DNA of 64,000 nt from Octopus sinensis. Lineage: Eukaryota. The DNA is taken from NCBI RefSeq assembly GCF_006345805.1, contig NC_043006.1, forward strand, positions 56,792,001 through 56,856,000, read 5' to 3'. The position numbers were made by a program, and so were the translations under genes. The notes under the pieces were generated by a model that was not told the DNA's origin, ran no database searches, and was given only the letters and a program-made list of their open reading frames with translations. Positions 49,843 through 62,555 of this stretch are shown piece by piece (positions within the stretch are counted from its first letter, which is position 1; each line of letters starts with the position of its first letter).

Positions 49843-50429
49843 TGCAATATACGTTTATGTATACGTATCATTATATATTTTCTTCAGTTCTTCCGTCTAT
49901 CCTATTTTTCCTTTTCAATATACTATCTCTTACAACTTTTCCGTTTCTCTATCTCTGTCTGTCTTTTATCTATCTGTCTCTCCTTCCCTTTCACTTAGAC
50001 TCCACTATTCTATTTCATTCCTTACTTCAATACCTCGCTCCCATCTTCCCCACCCCCTGCTTCTCCTCATCATCATTCTCATTACCATCATCAGTTTTGT
50101 TTTTTCTCTCGCATTTCCTATTTGTTAATCTTATTCTCACTTCCCATCTTACAGGTGTTCGTTACTACCACCCATCAACTTAGGGTTTAGACACTGTGAT
50201 CCTGTCCCTTTCATACCATCATGCCTCTCACCCTTCTCCTATAGTTTCTCCTACGTTCTTTCTTCTAATCTATTGAGGACGTGTTGACGTAGAACTTGTG
50301 ATGTTCATTCGTTTACATCGCACTATATAGATACATTAAAACAGAAAACAAAGAAACGCTCAATACAGCGTCTAAATGGCTTGCTCGTTCAGTAGATATA
50401 GCAAGCGAATTTCCTCAGATCGCATTCTG

Positions 50430-53165
50430 TGGTCTTTGAAACAGGAAGGATATGTTGATTAAACCGCTATGGACCGGTTTAAGTTTTCCAGGCGTCCCTG
50501 TCGTCTTAACATCTCCCCAGCCGAACTCTCGGCCCTTCGATCTCTCCGACGCCGCACTGACATCATTATAAAACCGGCCGACAAGGGTGGAGCCGTGGTA
50601 GTATGGCCCGCGGACCTCTATAAGGCGGAAGCTCTCCGCCAATTTCAAGACACCCCCTTCTACTACCCTCTGCCCTCTGAGCCCACGCCCAGCTACCAAC
50701 AGCCGGTGTCCTCCACCATCCATGATCTCATCTCTCTCTCCCGTCTTCCCCAGACCACCTCTAACCTCATTGTCCGCACCTCCCGCACCCCCACCATTTA
50801 CTTCCTCTCCCAAATCCACAAACCTAACAACCCTGGCCGCCCCATCGTCTCCGCCTGTAACTGCCCCACCGAGCTTATCTCCAAATATCTTGACCATGTC
50901 CTTGCGCCCCTAGTGGCTTCTCTCCCTTCTCACATCCATGACATCAACCACGCGCTTCGTTTGTTCAGCTCTGTCTGGTCCCTCTAAACTTCTCTTCACT
51001 CTCGACATCCAGAGCCTTTACAAGGTGATCATTCACCACGTGAGACTGCGTGCACTCAAACATTTCCTTGACTTCCAACCCAACCTCCAACCCGACACCT
51101 CCACACTCGTTCGTCTGACTGAACTTGTCCTTTCACTCAACTGCTTCACGTTCGCGGGCGATTTCTACCAGCAAGTCTCGGGAGTGGCCATGGGAACGAG
51201 AATGGGCCCTACTCTGCGAACCTGTTCGTTGGCTATGTTGAGGCCCAAATATTCTCAAGCTTCACTGGTCCCACTCCCGAACTATATGGCCGTTGTATTG
51301 ACGACTGTATTGGTGCAACCTCACTCTCCCTCGAACAGCTAGATTCCTTCCTTTCTTTTGTCAAATCTTTCCATCCTGTCCTCCACTTCTCATGCAATAT
51401 CTCTGACACCTCTGTCACCTTCCTTGCATTTCGGTCAGCATTCATCACTCCACTCTCACCACCTTCATCCACTACAAACACACAGACTCACACTCATATC
51501 TCAACTTCTCCTCCTCCCACCCTAAACACACCAAGCTTTCCATCATTTATTGTCAATTCCTCCGTCTACGCAGGCTTTGTAGTGGCGACCATGACTGAGG
51601 CTCAGTCTCAACTCAGGGTTCGCCACTTCATCCTACTTGGATATCTCTTCACCACTATCCACACCGCCCTTGCCAGAGCACGTTCCGTGGACCGTGCATC
51701 TGCTCTCTTCCCCCGAACACGCCCTGCAGTTTCCCGTCTCCCTTTTCCCCTCACCTACCACCTCACCTCTCCAACGCACCATTCTCCGAGCTTTCCGGTA
51801 TCTCCAGTCCGACCCGTCCACTTCATACATCTTCCCTTACCGACCCCTCCCCTCCTTCAAACGAGCCCACAACCTACGAGACCTCTTGGTCTACAGCTTC
51901 TTCCCCAACCCAACCTCCCAGCCTGACTCGTTCTCCTGCTCCCGCCCACGCTGCTGCACTTGCCCTTACCTCTCCAAAACTACCCTCCTCACCGGCACCC
52001 ATCATCGACCCTATCGCATCACCAACTCCTTCACCTGCACTTTTACTAATATCATCTATTGCATCTCCTGCTCTCTCTGCCATTCTCTGTACATCGGACA
52101 AATGGGACGCCGCTTCGCGAAATACCTCCGAGTCGTCCGCCTCGGAAATGACTCCCTGGTCTCACGCCATTTCCGCTCTACCGGTCACTCTTTGCAACAC
52201 CTGTCCGTGTTCGGATTGTCCATGCACAGAGGCTATCCGGAATCCCGTTTGCGCCGTGAACAGGGATTAATCTTCTCTCTTCGCTCCATTGCGCCACATG
52301 GGCTCATCTCTCTTCCCCTCTTCATATAACCTCCTCCCTTTGCCTCTCTCCCCATCCCTCCTACTTCCACCCACCCACCTCTCCTCTCTTGCTCCGACTC
52401 CTACTTCTCTTCACCCCCACTCTCATTCTCTCTTCTCTCATACCACGTTCCTCCTCCCCTTCATCATCAACCCTCCCCCATAAGCCCACCCCACCCCTAC
52501 ACATTCCTACCTCACCTTCCCTATCCTTCCCATCCCATACAACCTCTCCCAAATACCCCACCTCTACCTACCCACATACCTCACCTTTACCCCTACCCTC
52601 TGCCTTCCCCATTATCCCACATCTACCCCACCCTCTGCCTACCTACATACCCCACCCTTACCCCAACCCTCAGCCTAACCCACACCCCACACGTGCTTTC
52701 CCCACCTCCCAGCACCATCACACCACACCACACTACACATCACATCACAACACACCACCACGCACACACCAGCACTGTCCAATTCCCATCTCCACATTTT
52801 CACACCTACACATAAGCACACGCACACGTCAAGATCACCAGCCCTCTTTCACACGCACATACGTACTCTCTTACACACACGCGCACCTTCATTTTGGGTT
52901 CACCACTGCTTTGTTATATCCCCTACTTCTTAGCTCTCATGTGTGACCCTGCTGTCCGGCATTCGCCATGATAGATCGGTAGCCGCTACACACATTTTTT
53001 TCTCTCCTTGTTTCTTTCTGTGTTCCTTTGTGTGGAAGAGCGTAGGCTCGAAACGTTAAAGATTTTTTCAGTTCCCGAGCGTTATAATAATACATCTGTT
53101 TGTTTTCTACACCACCTGTCTTCGTCTTTTGGGGGTTTTTTTTCGTGAATTCTCCCCTATATATG
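50430..53165 (+). mobile_element. Penelope-like retroelement (Neptune-type): RT, Cys linker, GIY-YIG, C-rich spacer, terminal repeat, (TA)n
   Basis: IIIKPADKGGAVVVW, IHKPNNPGRPIVS, LFTLDIQSLY, GVAMGTRMGP, RCIDD, YKHTDSHSYL, CSRPRCCTC linker, NIIYCISC...LYIGQ; several frameshifts. Confidence 0.9.
53025..53062 (+). ncRNA. Degenerate copy of the CUGUCGA hammerhead in the PLE 3' repeat
   Basis: CTTT-GTGTGGA-A-GAGC GTAG GCTC-GAA-ACGT-T-AAAG; core mutated relative to 49058-49095. Confidence 0.35.
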
Positions 53166-53237
<72 letters not shown>

Positions 53238-53574
53238 ATATATATAATATATATATTATATATATATATATAGAAAATAGTAAAAAGTGAAAAACTACAG
53301 AAGGCTTGTTTTAGAAGGTTAAAAATATATATATTTGAGTCATTATGTCTGAAGAATGTTATAAATTTTTTTCATACAAAGACATAGTTTTTGAAGAAAG
53401 ACCGGTTTCGCGTTCAGTTTTTCAAATTTCTTACATCGTTATGTTTACGTTGAGTAGTGTGAAGGAGAGTGAAAGAGAGTTCCAGATAAGGGGAGGTAAT
53501 AAGTGATTTCTTCCGGTGTAAGAAATTTCCTTCTGGAGTTTCACACACATGCTTTCACACACACACTTTCTCAG

Positions 53575-53655
<81 letters not shown>

Positions 53656-53739
53656 TATGAGTGTATGTGTGCATATATGTGTGTGTATATATAAATGTGT
53701 ATCTATATGTGTGTATATATATATATATGTGCATATATA

Positions 53740-54403
53740 GGATGAAAGGCAAAGTCGACCTCGGTCGAATTTGAACTCAGACCGTAGCAACGGGCAAAAT
53801 ACCTATTTCTTTACTGCCCACAAGGGGCTAAACACAGAGAGGACAAACAAGGACAGACAAACGGATTAAGTCGATTACATCGGCCCCAATGCTTAACTGG
53901 TACTTAAATTATCGACCCCGAAAGGATGAAAGGCAAAGTCGACCTCGGCCGAATTTGAACTCAGACCGTAGCAACGGGCAAAATACCTATTTCTTTACTA
54001 CCTACAAGGGGCTAAACACAGAGCGGACAAACAAGGAAAGACAAACGGATTAAGTCGACTACATCGACCCCAGTGCGTAACTGGTACTTAATTTATCGAC
54101 CCCGAAAGGATGAAAGGCAAAGTCGACCTCGGCGGAATTTGAACTCACAACGTTACGCAGACGAAATACCTATTTCTTTATTACCCACAAGGGGCTAAAC
54201 ACAGAGGGGACAAACAAGGACAGACATAGGTGTTAAGTCGATTACATCGACCCCAGTGCGTAACTGGTACTTAATTTATCGACCCCGAAAGGATGAAAGG
54301 CAAAGTCGACCTCGGCGGAATTTGAACTCACAACGTAACGGCAGACGAAATACCGCTAAGCATTTCTCCCGGCGTGCTAACGATTCTGTTAGCTCACCGC
54401 CTT
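53740..54403 (-). mobile_element. SINE family B tandem array, ~184-bp period
   Basis: GGATGAAAGGC at 53740, 53924, 54108 and 54291; single head at ~54345-54403. Confidence 0.9.
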
Positions 54404-54570
54404 CCAAGCTCCAGTGATTGACGAAGTGGACAGTCACTCCTGATAAAGTGGGAACTTCTTGCACGACTGTCCCATTCGCACAGAAAGCAGCGGTACTTGG
54501 TGTATACGCACTGGAAGCCCATCACAGGAGCAACAACATTTAAGTCACCTCAAAGTTGCCATCGATGTTC
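54403..54570 (-). mobile_element. Chapaev/Transib-related (CMC) transposase fragment
   Basis: EHRWQL*GDLNVVAPVMGFQCVYTKYRCFLCEWDSRARSSHF resembles W.IC.DLKV...L.G.Q.GYTK..CFLC.WDSR; superfamily assignment is from memory. Confidence 0.5.
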
Positions 54571-54592
54571 ATATTTTATGCATTGCAACATA

Positions 54593-55105
54593 TCTATATA
54601 TATAAAACTGTAGTTGTGTGAGTGTCTGTCCCCTTCGATTTAGATTCCTAACTACTCCCACATTTTGCGGTGCAGTTTAACCAAATTCGGGTATCTTATA
54701 GTCGTGATTCATATCGAGCCCGTCTGAGTATTAGCGCGCGTCTACGATGAGTCTACGATTTTAAAAATAATTTAACATAATTTTTTATTCCATTTTAATG
54801 CATAATTTTTCGTGTGTCGATGGCGGCGGAGTTGGCGTCCATGGTCACACCTGCACCTGTTTGCTTCTCCCCCTTCTTCCCTCCCTCGTGAAGCTGTGGG
54901 GAAGGGAGTGTAAGGAAATCAACGTCGTAAAACGTTGTCAAGGAGACCAGCGTTCTTTTAGAACAACCACTTCATGGCTTGAAGACACCAAAACAGAAAT
55001 GGCTAAGAAAGCCCGAATTGGCATCTATAAGGGAAGTAACTCTCTAAACATGCTTATATAGTTATTTCCCTTACAAACCCGAGCAACGCCGGGCGATACT
55101 GCTAG
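54593..55105 (+). mobile_element. Non-autonomous Helitron (513 bp)
   Basis: A|TCTATATATATAAAAC 5' end; CCCGAGCAACGCCGGG hairpin shortly before CTAG|T; inserted between A and T without a TSD. Confidence 0.85.
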
Positions 55106-56474
55106 TGTTTTATATTCTCATAAATTACTTTCCTATGTGATGCATAGCCCCAGTACTTATTTTTCTAAGCCGGGTACATAGTCTATCGTTCGCTTATTTG
55201 ACGAACTACTAAGTTACAGGGACGTAAATGAACCAATGCCAGTTGTCCAGCATAACCACAATAACACTCACATAGATACATATATATGCGTATGTATATA
55301 TGTATATATACATGTGTGTGTGTGTGTGTTTGTGTGTGTGTATGTGTGTGTGTGTGTGTGTCTGTGTGTGTGTGTGTGTACAGTCGGCTTATTTCAGTTT
55401 CCTCCTACCAAATCCACTCACAAGGTTTTAGTCGACTCGGGGTTAAAGTAGAACACTTTTGCCCAAAGCTCCGCGCGATGGAATTGAAACCAGAACCGTG
55501 TGCTGCCTGGAAGAACATTTTTTTACTACACAGACGCGCCTGTGCCAATAGACACAGCTACGCCTGCACCAGAGTGTATATGTATGTATATGTGTGTGTG
55601 TGCGTGCATGTATGTGTGTGTGTCTTTGTGTTTAAGCTTACCCCCCCCCTACTATCGCCTTCACAACCGATGTTGCTTTGTTTACGTTCGGGTAACTTTG
55701 TTTTTCGGCAAAAAAAAACAAAAGAAAACAAAAACGATAGAGTAAGTACCAGACTTTAAAAAGAAGTATTAGAGGCGATTTATACGACTAAAACCCCCAA
55801 GCCGGTGCCTGGCAAGGTCACAATCTCATGGCTGAAACAAGTAAAAGTTGAAAGCTATGAGAACCCGAGGAAGTTTTTGTTAACTAATTACATAGATAAT
55901 CACCGGCAGCTGATGCTTTCAGCTCATACGTGAAACTAACTCCTCTACATTAGTAGACTCTCTCCCCAGAGTATTGTTGTGAATTCTGAAAATATTCTTG
56001 CTTCCTGTCCTATAGTTTAACGTATCGTGTTTTTAACCATCTCTCGTCTGTTCTAGCAACGCAAAACAAGGTGTGTCTGCGAGAGTCTGTCTACACTAAA
56101 ATGAATAAGTGTACGAGAAAAGGAGGGAGCAAGAAACTGAGTGTGGGTTAGAGGAATGAGAAAGAGAAGAGGGAGAGAGGTGGGAAGATAGAGAGAGAAA
56201 GAGAGAGAGAGAGAGTGAGAGAGAGAGAGAGAGAGAAGGAGAAAGAGAGAAGATATAATGAAGGATAAATGATGGATGTTAACAGAAAGAGAAAGCAAAG
56301 GAAGGAAATATAAGTCAGCATCGGACGGCTAGTAGCAGTTTGTGAATTTCAGTAGCTGCAGCTGATAGTGATAAAACAAAATGAAAAGTTAGTAAGAATG
56401 AGAGAGTGAAAAAATAACCAAAAGCACTACGCTTCAAAAATAAAAGCGAAAATAATAATGATAATAATATTAAT

Positions 56475-56521
<47 letters not shown>

Positions 56522-57275
56522 AATCCAAATTACTTACTGCTAATTTAAAGTGATGCTTCGGTAATGTATAGCGACCAAGTAGACAGGACTGCAAAGTTTA
56601 ACATACTGCTTCCATATTTTTCTGATCGCAAAGAGAAATATATAGATAGACACATAGACGCACAGGAGTACACACTAGCACTCACACATAGCACATACAC
56701 CCACGCGCGCTCGCGCACGCACACACACAGACACACATACATACGCACATTCACACACACCCATATGCACACAAAGGCACACACACATACATCAGGCCAT
56801 ACAGGAAATAAAATAAATGACTAGAACAAACACGGGGAAAAATATAGGGAATATAAAACAATATCCAAAAATAAGCTACGAGTAAAAAAGCTATAAGTTT
56901 TCCCTTGAAAATAGAAGAATTAAATGTCACTTATTCAACGGCATGTCTACGAAGCAAACCCGCGCCTTCTTTACACGAGACATCATCTGACAATGTGTAA
57001 AAGGGATTAAGCCGACTCTTTTAACAACACTTTTGGATAATACTTACATCGTTAACGCAGAAGGATGTTTGACATGACTACAGCATCCCATCAGCCGGTT
57101 TCGATTGTTATTACTATCGTTCTTTTTTAACTGTGGATTATGTTTTGCACCAATAAGAGAAATAGATATAACAGGTAAAAACAAAAACTATTTTATACAT
57201 TTCTAAAATTTCTTGTTTAAAACACACACACCCGCGTGTGCGCGCACAAATATACGCTTATATATATATATATAC

Positions 57276-57353
<78 letters not shown>

Positions 57354-57621
57354 TCATATATATTATATATATTTTATATATCATATATGAGCATATATAA
57401 TCATATCTACACAACAATTCAGACGTGCATCCATCCATACTTATACACGCACACGTACACATATACTTACATGCACGTATACATACCTACATATACACTC
57501 ATACACATATATATTCACATACACAATATATATATATATACACACACATACAATATATATACATATATATACATATGTATATATATATATACATGTATAA
57601 TATATGTGTGTGTGTATGTAT

Positions 57622-57688
<67 letters not shown>

Positions 57689-58309
57689 CACGTACAAACA
57701 CACATAATAAATGCACATACATACACACATATGTATCAAATATTTTTTTCCCCTATGTCAATGTTCATCTTGTATTTCACACCCAGATTCGGAATCGAAA
57801 TAGAAAGAAAAACAGAAAAAGAAAACTCGAGAGCGAATCGGTAAGCGAAACTAACATTTCCTCATTGGTTCGGTCGTTCCAAAACAGAAACATTAGATTA
57901 TTGCGAAATTAAGTATATTCTTTTGTTGCTTTTGTTGCTGTTGTTGTCGGAGTCGTTGTTAATGTTGCTTCTGCGGCGGCTGATACTTGTTGTTGTTGTT
58001 GTTGTTGTTGTTGATGCTGTGGTCTTTTAATTTGTGGTCAGACCTGATGGTGGACTTCTGACCTATCATAGTGTTGTTGCTCCAACCGCTGACCCAGCAT
58101 CCCGATTATCTACGACGTTCTAAACCGTGACCATTCTGTCAGTGACACTCGATGGATATTTTGCAAGATTCACGACAAATTGTATTTACTTTTAGGAAGT
58201 TGCAATTATATAGGGAAGAAAAAGTATATGTGCGTGATAATAGTTAATAAAAGAATGTGTGTGTATCATTTTTCATGTTATTCAATATATAATTATATGA
58301 AAATTTTTA

Positions 58310-58629
58310 GGTACTACTTAAGAAGAAGTGGTCCCGGTGCGCGCACTCACGTACTCGCGCATCCGCGCTAGCTAGTCGTGACTAGTCGATCCTACAACGA
58401 CTACCTAGCAAAGTAAATAAAACACAAAATAAATAATTTTTTTACACAAAGTAAATAATTTTTTAAAAACAAAGTAAATATAACAAAAAAGCACAATGTA
58501 AATAATTTTTTTAAACAAAGTAAATAAAACACATAAACACAAAGTAAGGATCGACTAGTCGCGACTAGCTAGCGCGGATGCGCGAATACGTGAGTGCGCG
58601 CACAGGGACCACTCTTCTTTAGTAGTACC
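58310..58629. mobile_element. Mutator-type MITE (320 bp)
   Basis: ~85-bp GC-rich TIRs beginning GGTACTACT; exact 9-bp TSD AAATTTTTA (58301-58309 and 58630-58638). Confidence 0.9.
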
Positions 58630-58944
58630 AAATTTTTACAAGTAGGTGCAGGTACGACTGTGTGCTTCCCAACCAAATGCTTCCGGGTTAAGGGCAAGTG
58701 TCTTTTACTATAGCTTCGGGTCGACCAAAGGATACTGAGTGGATTTGGTACACAGAAACAGAAAGAAGCTTGTCGTATATATGTACGTGTGTGTGTGTGT
58801 GCATTTATCCCCCACCACCACTTGACAAGTGATGTCTTATGGGTTTACGTTCCTATAACAGTTCGGCATATGAGACCTGATAGAATAAGTACTAATCTTT
58901 AAAACAATAGAAACAGTGTCCTACGGTCGATTTGCTCGAATTGG

Positions 58945-59175
58945 AGGGCGGCGAGCTGGCAGAAACATTAGCACGCCGGACGAAATGCGTAGCCGTATTG
59001 CGTCTGCCGCTACGTTCTGAGTTCAAATTCCGCCGAGGTCGACTTTGCCTTTCATCCTTTCGGGGTCGATAAATTAAGTACCAGTTACGCACTGGGGGTC
59101 GATATAATCGACTTAATCCCTTTGTCTGTCCTTTATTTGTCCCTTCTGCGTTTAGCCCCTTGTGGGTAATAAACA
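58945..59175 (+). mobile_element. SINE family B (single copy)
   Basis: Head GGCGGCGAGCTGGCAGAA through tail GCCCCTTGTGGGTAATAAA. Confidence 0.85.
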
Positions 59176-59449
59176 GATTTGCTCGAATTGAAGGCGCTGA
59201 AACAAGTAAAAAGTGAAATATACAAACACGTTTGTACGTGTTTGTTATCTACATGGATATCAATAGAAAAATTACAATGCACATATAACCAGACCTCTTT
59301 TTTCTTACACTTGTTTAAGTCAATAGAGTCATTGACACACACATACACACACATACACACACACACACACATACACACACATACACACACACAGACACAC
59401 ACATACACACACAGTACATATATACACATATATATGTAATACATAACTT

Positions 59450-60110
59450 AGATAACTTAGATATGTGTCGACCAAAGTCTAACTTGTCTAACACCACATG
59501 ATACGATTAGCTAAATCCTTTCTAAGTAAAGTTTTGTGGTATCATGATCCTCTTGTTGAGTGAGTTGTATCCAGGTATAGGCGGCTTATAGGTGGTGCTG
59601 GGGAGAATAGAGTTTCAATGCCTTCTGAGGTGATTCAATTTTTGAAATGTTTTGTTTGCTATGGAGAGACCGCAAGGGACAGCCATATTCAAGGTGTGGC
59701 CGTACATAGCACGAGAAAAGAGGAATGATGACACCTTGTTCTATGGACCGGAAGGTTCTTAGGATCCAGGAGCTCATCTTACGAGTTATATCGACCATAT
59801 TGTTGATGTGGGCGCTCCAGCTGAGATTGTTGTCAGCAATTACTTCTAGGTCTCTGATATCATTACATGCTGTGAGCGGATCCCCTGAACGAAGAGATTA
59901 TGGCTGTTTTAGTCTTTTTTCCAAAATGCATCAGCTCGAATTCTCACTCGTTTAGTTGCATTTTGTTTTTGTCTGCCCATTGAATCATAGCATGTTGGTC
60001 AGACTGGAGTTCAGTTCGGTCTTCTTCATTGATAATTTTTTGGAGCTTAGAGTTATCAGCGAATCTTTTCACTTTGCAGTGTTTTATGACGCTGGAAAGG
60101 TTGTCTTTAT
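59450..60110 (-). mobile_element. CR1/L2-clade LINE RT fragment
   Basis: KRFADNSKL, LQSD...IQWADKNKMQLN, RDLEVIADNNLSWSAHI, YVRPHLEYG. Confidence 0.8.
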
Positions 60111-60358
60111 CACTCTCTATATAAACGGCAGTTTGTCTGTGTGTGTTTCTGTGTGTCTGTTTGGTTGTATCCTCACTCTGACCACGGCTTTCAACCGATT
60201 CTGATGAAACTTGACACACACATAGCCCAATGTCATAATTCACAACTAACGCAGCGAAAATTTTGAAAAGTTCCCCCAGTTCTGAAAAAAAATTGATAAA
60301 TTCGACATGGGGTCGAGAATCAGAAACACAAACCACAGACTGTCTAGGGGACGCAACT

Positions 60359-60616
60359 CTGACCTACCAATCTACTTCAGGCGTTCTCAGTTTCCTGTTA
60401 AACTCTGCTTCGCAATGTTCATCAATAAATCCCAAGGCCAAACGCTACAAGTCGCTGGGTTACAGTTGGGCGAACAGTGCTTCGCCCACGGTCAACTCTA
60501 CGTGGGCTGTTCACGCGTTGGGAGGCGCAATGATGTTTTCATGTTTTCGCCCAAAGGGACAGCTAGGAACATCATATACACAGAAGTATTCGAGTGAAGA
60601 GAAGACATTGCAACCT
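60359..60616 (+). repeat. 258-bp duplicate of the helicase 3' end (62317-62574)
   Basis: Four substitutions between the copies, by eye. Confidence 0.95.
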
Positions 60617-61241
60617 ACAAAATCGATAAACTCGGCATGGGGGTCGAGAATCTAAGCTTTTTATATGCAACACATTATCTATGGTAGTTTTCGCAACTTG
60701 CAATCGATTTTCACAAAACTCATGGAGAAGCTTAATGTTACCCTAAGAAACTCAATTCTGACGTTAGTTTTCCATGCAATACCTTACCATCAGAAACAAT
60801 CGATAAAATCATGCCATTTTGGGAAATCGCGTTCAAATTCAAGATGACATATTTTCGACAATATCTTTCACAAATTGGCAGGAATTTTTTTTTTTAATTC
60901 ACAGCGAGCATCATGTCTGCTCCCAGGAGTTATATAGCCCTTTTTATTCCAATAGGATACATTATTGGAAAAAATCGGTTAATTAAATCATATGTGGCAC
61001 ACATAGCAAACCGATTTGTGTATTAAACACAAGCCAGACTGTCTAGGGGACGCAACTCGACCTTTTTAGCTATCGATAATTCCATCCAACCAATTCCTAC
61101 CAGGAAGAAATTACATTCGAGACTTCACCCCCAACACCGCCACTTCTGCTAATAGCTGCTGCAGCCGCAAATTCGAATACTTTTTGGTTTACACTTTCTT
61201 TATAACTACCACCCCAAACGTTTTACCTTAAATTTTTACAG

Positions 61242-62555
61242 CAACGTGGGGGGATTTTCTTCCTTGATGCACCCGGCGGCACTGGCAAAACCTTCGTCAC
61301 TAAACTAATTCTGGCGGAGGTCAGACGCAACACGGACATTGCCCTGGCTGTAGCTTCCTCTGGTATCGCGGCCACGTTGCTTCCGGGTGGCAGAACCGCC
61401 CACTCTGCCTTCAGACTCCCGCTCGATCTGGCAAAGTCCGAGTCACCTATCTGCAACATCGCCAAGAACTCAGAACAGGCCGACATTCTGCGCAGATGCA
61501 AACTCATTGTATGGGACGAGTGTACTATGGCACACAAAGGCGCCCTTGAGGCACTGGACAGGTCCCTGCAAGACATCAGAGACTCTACGGCCCCCATGGG
61601 AGGATTAACTTTACTTCTTTCAGGAGACTTCAGGCAGGCTCTACCTGTTATTCCAAAAGGAACCCGTGCCGATGCCGTGCGCGCGTGCCTTAAGTCGTTA
61701 GCTCTTTGGGCACATGTGCGGCCCTTGCACCTCCAAACTAACATGCGCGCGCAGTTGATTGGTGACAGCGGATCCGCTGCATTCTCCAGGAACCTCTTAT
61801 CGCTCGGTGAAAATAGGATGCTGGCTGATGCGGATGGCTGCGTTCAATTGGACTCACTTTGCACCATTGTTGACACCCCTGCTAGCCTCCGGGACGCTGT
61901 CTTCCACGACCTACAAAACAATTTACGCGACCTAAAATGGCTGGCAGGCAGAGCTATTCTCGCACCCAAAAATACAACCGTCAACTCCATCAATATCCAG
62001 CTACTTGAAGCTATTCCTGGTGATGTCCACGTCTACAAATCTATAGATAGGACAGCAGACCCCGCCGAGCTTACCGATTATCCTGTTGAATTCCTGAATT
62101 CACTTGAACCGCCAGGCCTGCCGCCACACATCCTGAAGTTAAAAGTCGGTGCGCCCATTATGCTCATCAGGAATTTGGTTCCACCTAAACAGTGCAACGG
62201 CACACGTTTGGTTGTGAAACATTTGGCACCACATTTAATAACGGCCACAATACTTACCGGTTGTGGGAAGGGAGAGGACGTCTTCATTCCACGGATGCAC
62301 CTTCAACCGTCGGGCGCTGACCTACCAATCCACTTCAGGCGTTTTCAGTTTCCTGTTAAACTCTGCTTCGCAATGTTCATCAATAAATCCCAAGGCCAAA
62401 CGCTACAAGTCGCTGGGTTACATTTGGGCGAACAGTGCTTCGCCCACGGTCAACTCTACGTGGGCTGTTCACGCGTTGGGAGGCGCAATGATGTTTTCAT
62501 GTTTTCGCCCAAAGGGACAGCTAGGAACATCGTATATACAGAAGTATTCGAGTGA
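61242..62555 (+). CDS. PIF1-family SF1B helicase domain of Helitron RepHel
   Basis: The frame is open well upstream of the listed ORF and includes FFLDAPGGTGKT (Walker A), ASSGIAATLL, IVWDECTM, LLSGDFRQ, RNL...CNGTRL, INKSQGQT, HGQLYVGCSRV; no ATG; preceded by TTTTTACAG. Confidence 0.9.
   Translation, partial: QRGGIFFLDAPGGTGKTFVTKLILAEVRRNTDIALAVASSGIAATLLPGGRTAHSAFRLPLDLAKSESPICNIAKNSEQADILRRCKLIVWDECTMAHKGALEALDRSLQDIRDSTAPMGGLTLLLSGDFRQALPVIPKGTRADAVRACLKSLALWAHVRPLHLQTNMRAQLIGDSGSAAFSRNLLSLGENRMLADADGCVQLDSLCTIVDTPASLRDAVFHDLQNNLRDLKWLAGRAILAPKNTTVNSINIQLLEAIPGDVHVYKSIDRTADPAELTDYPVEFLNSLEPPGLPPHILKLKVGAPIMLIRNLVPPKQCNGTRLVVKHLAPHLITATILTGCGKGEDVFIPRMHLQPSGADLPIHFRRFQFPVKLCFAMFINKSQGQTLQVAGLHLGEQCFAHGQLYVGCSRVGRRNDVFMFSPKGTARNIVYTEVFE

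Noticed and set aside
50415-52101. Minus-strand ORFs over the PLE (also antisense ORFs over gag, integrase and helicase)
   Set aside because: Antisense shadows of real plus-strand coding sequence.
53740-54403. CRISPR-like array
   Set aside because: Whole 184-bp units are repeated with no unique spacers, and the context is eukaryotic.
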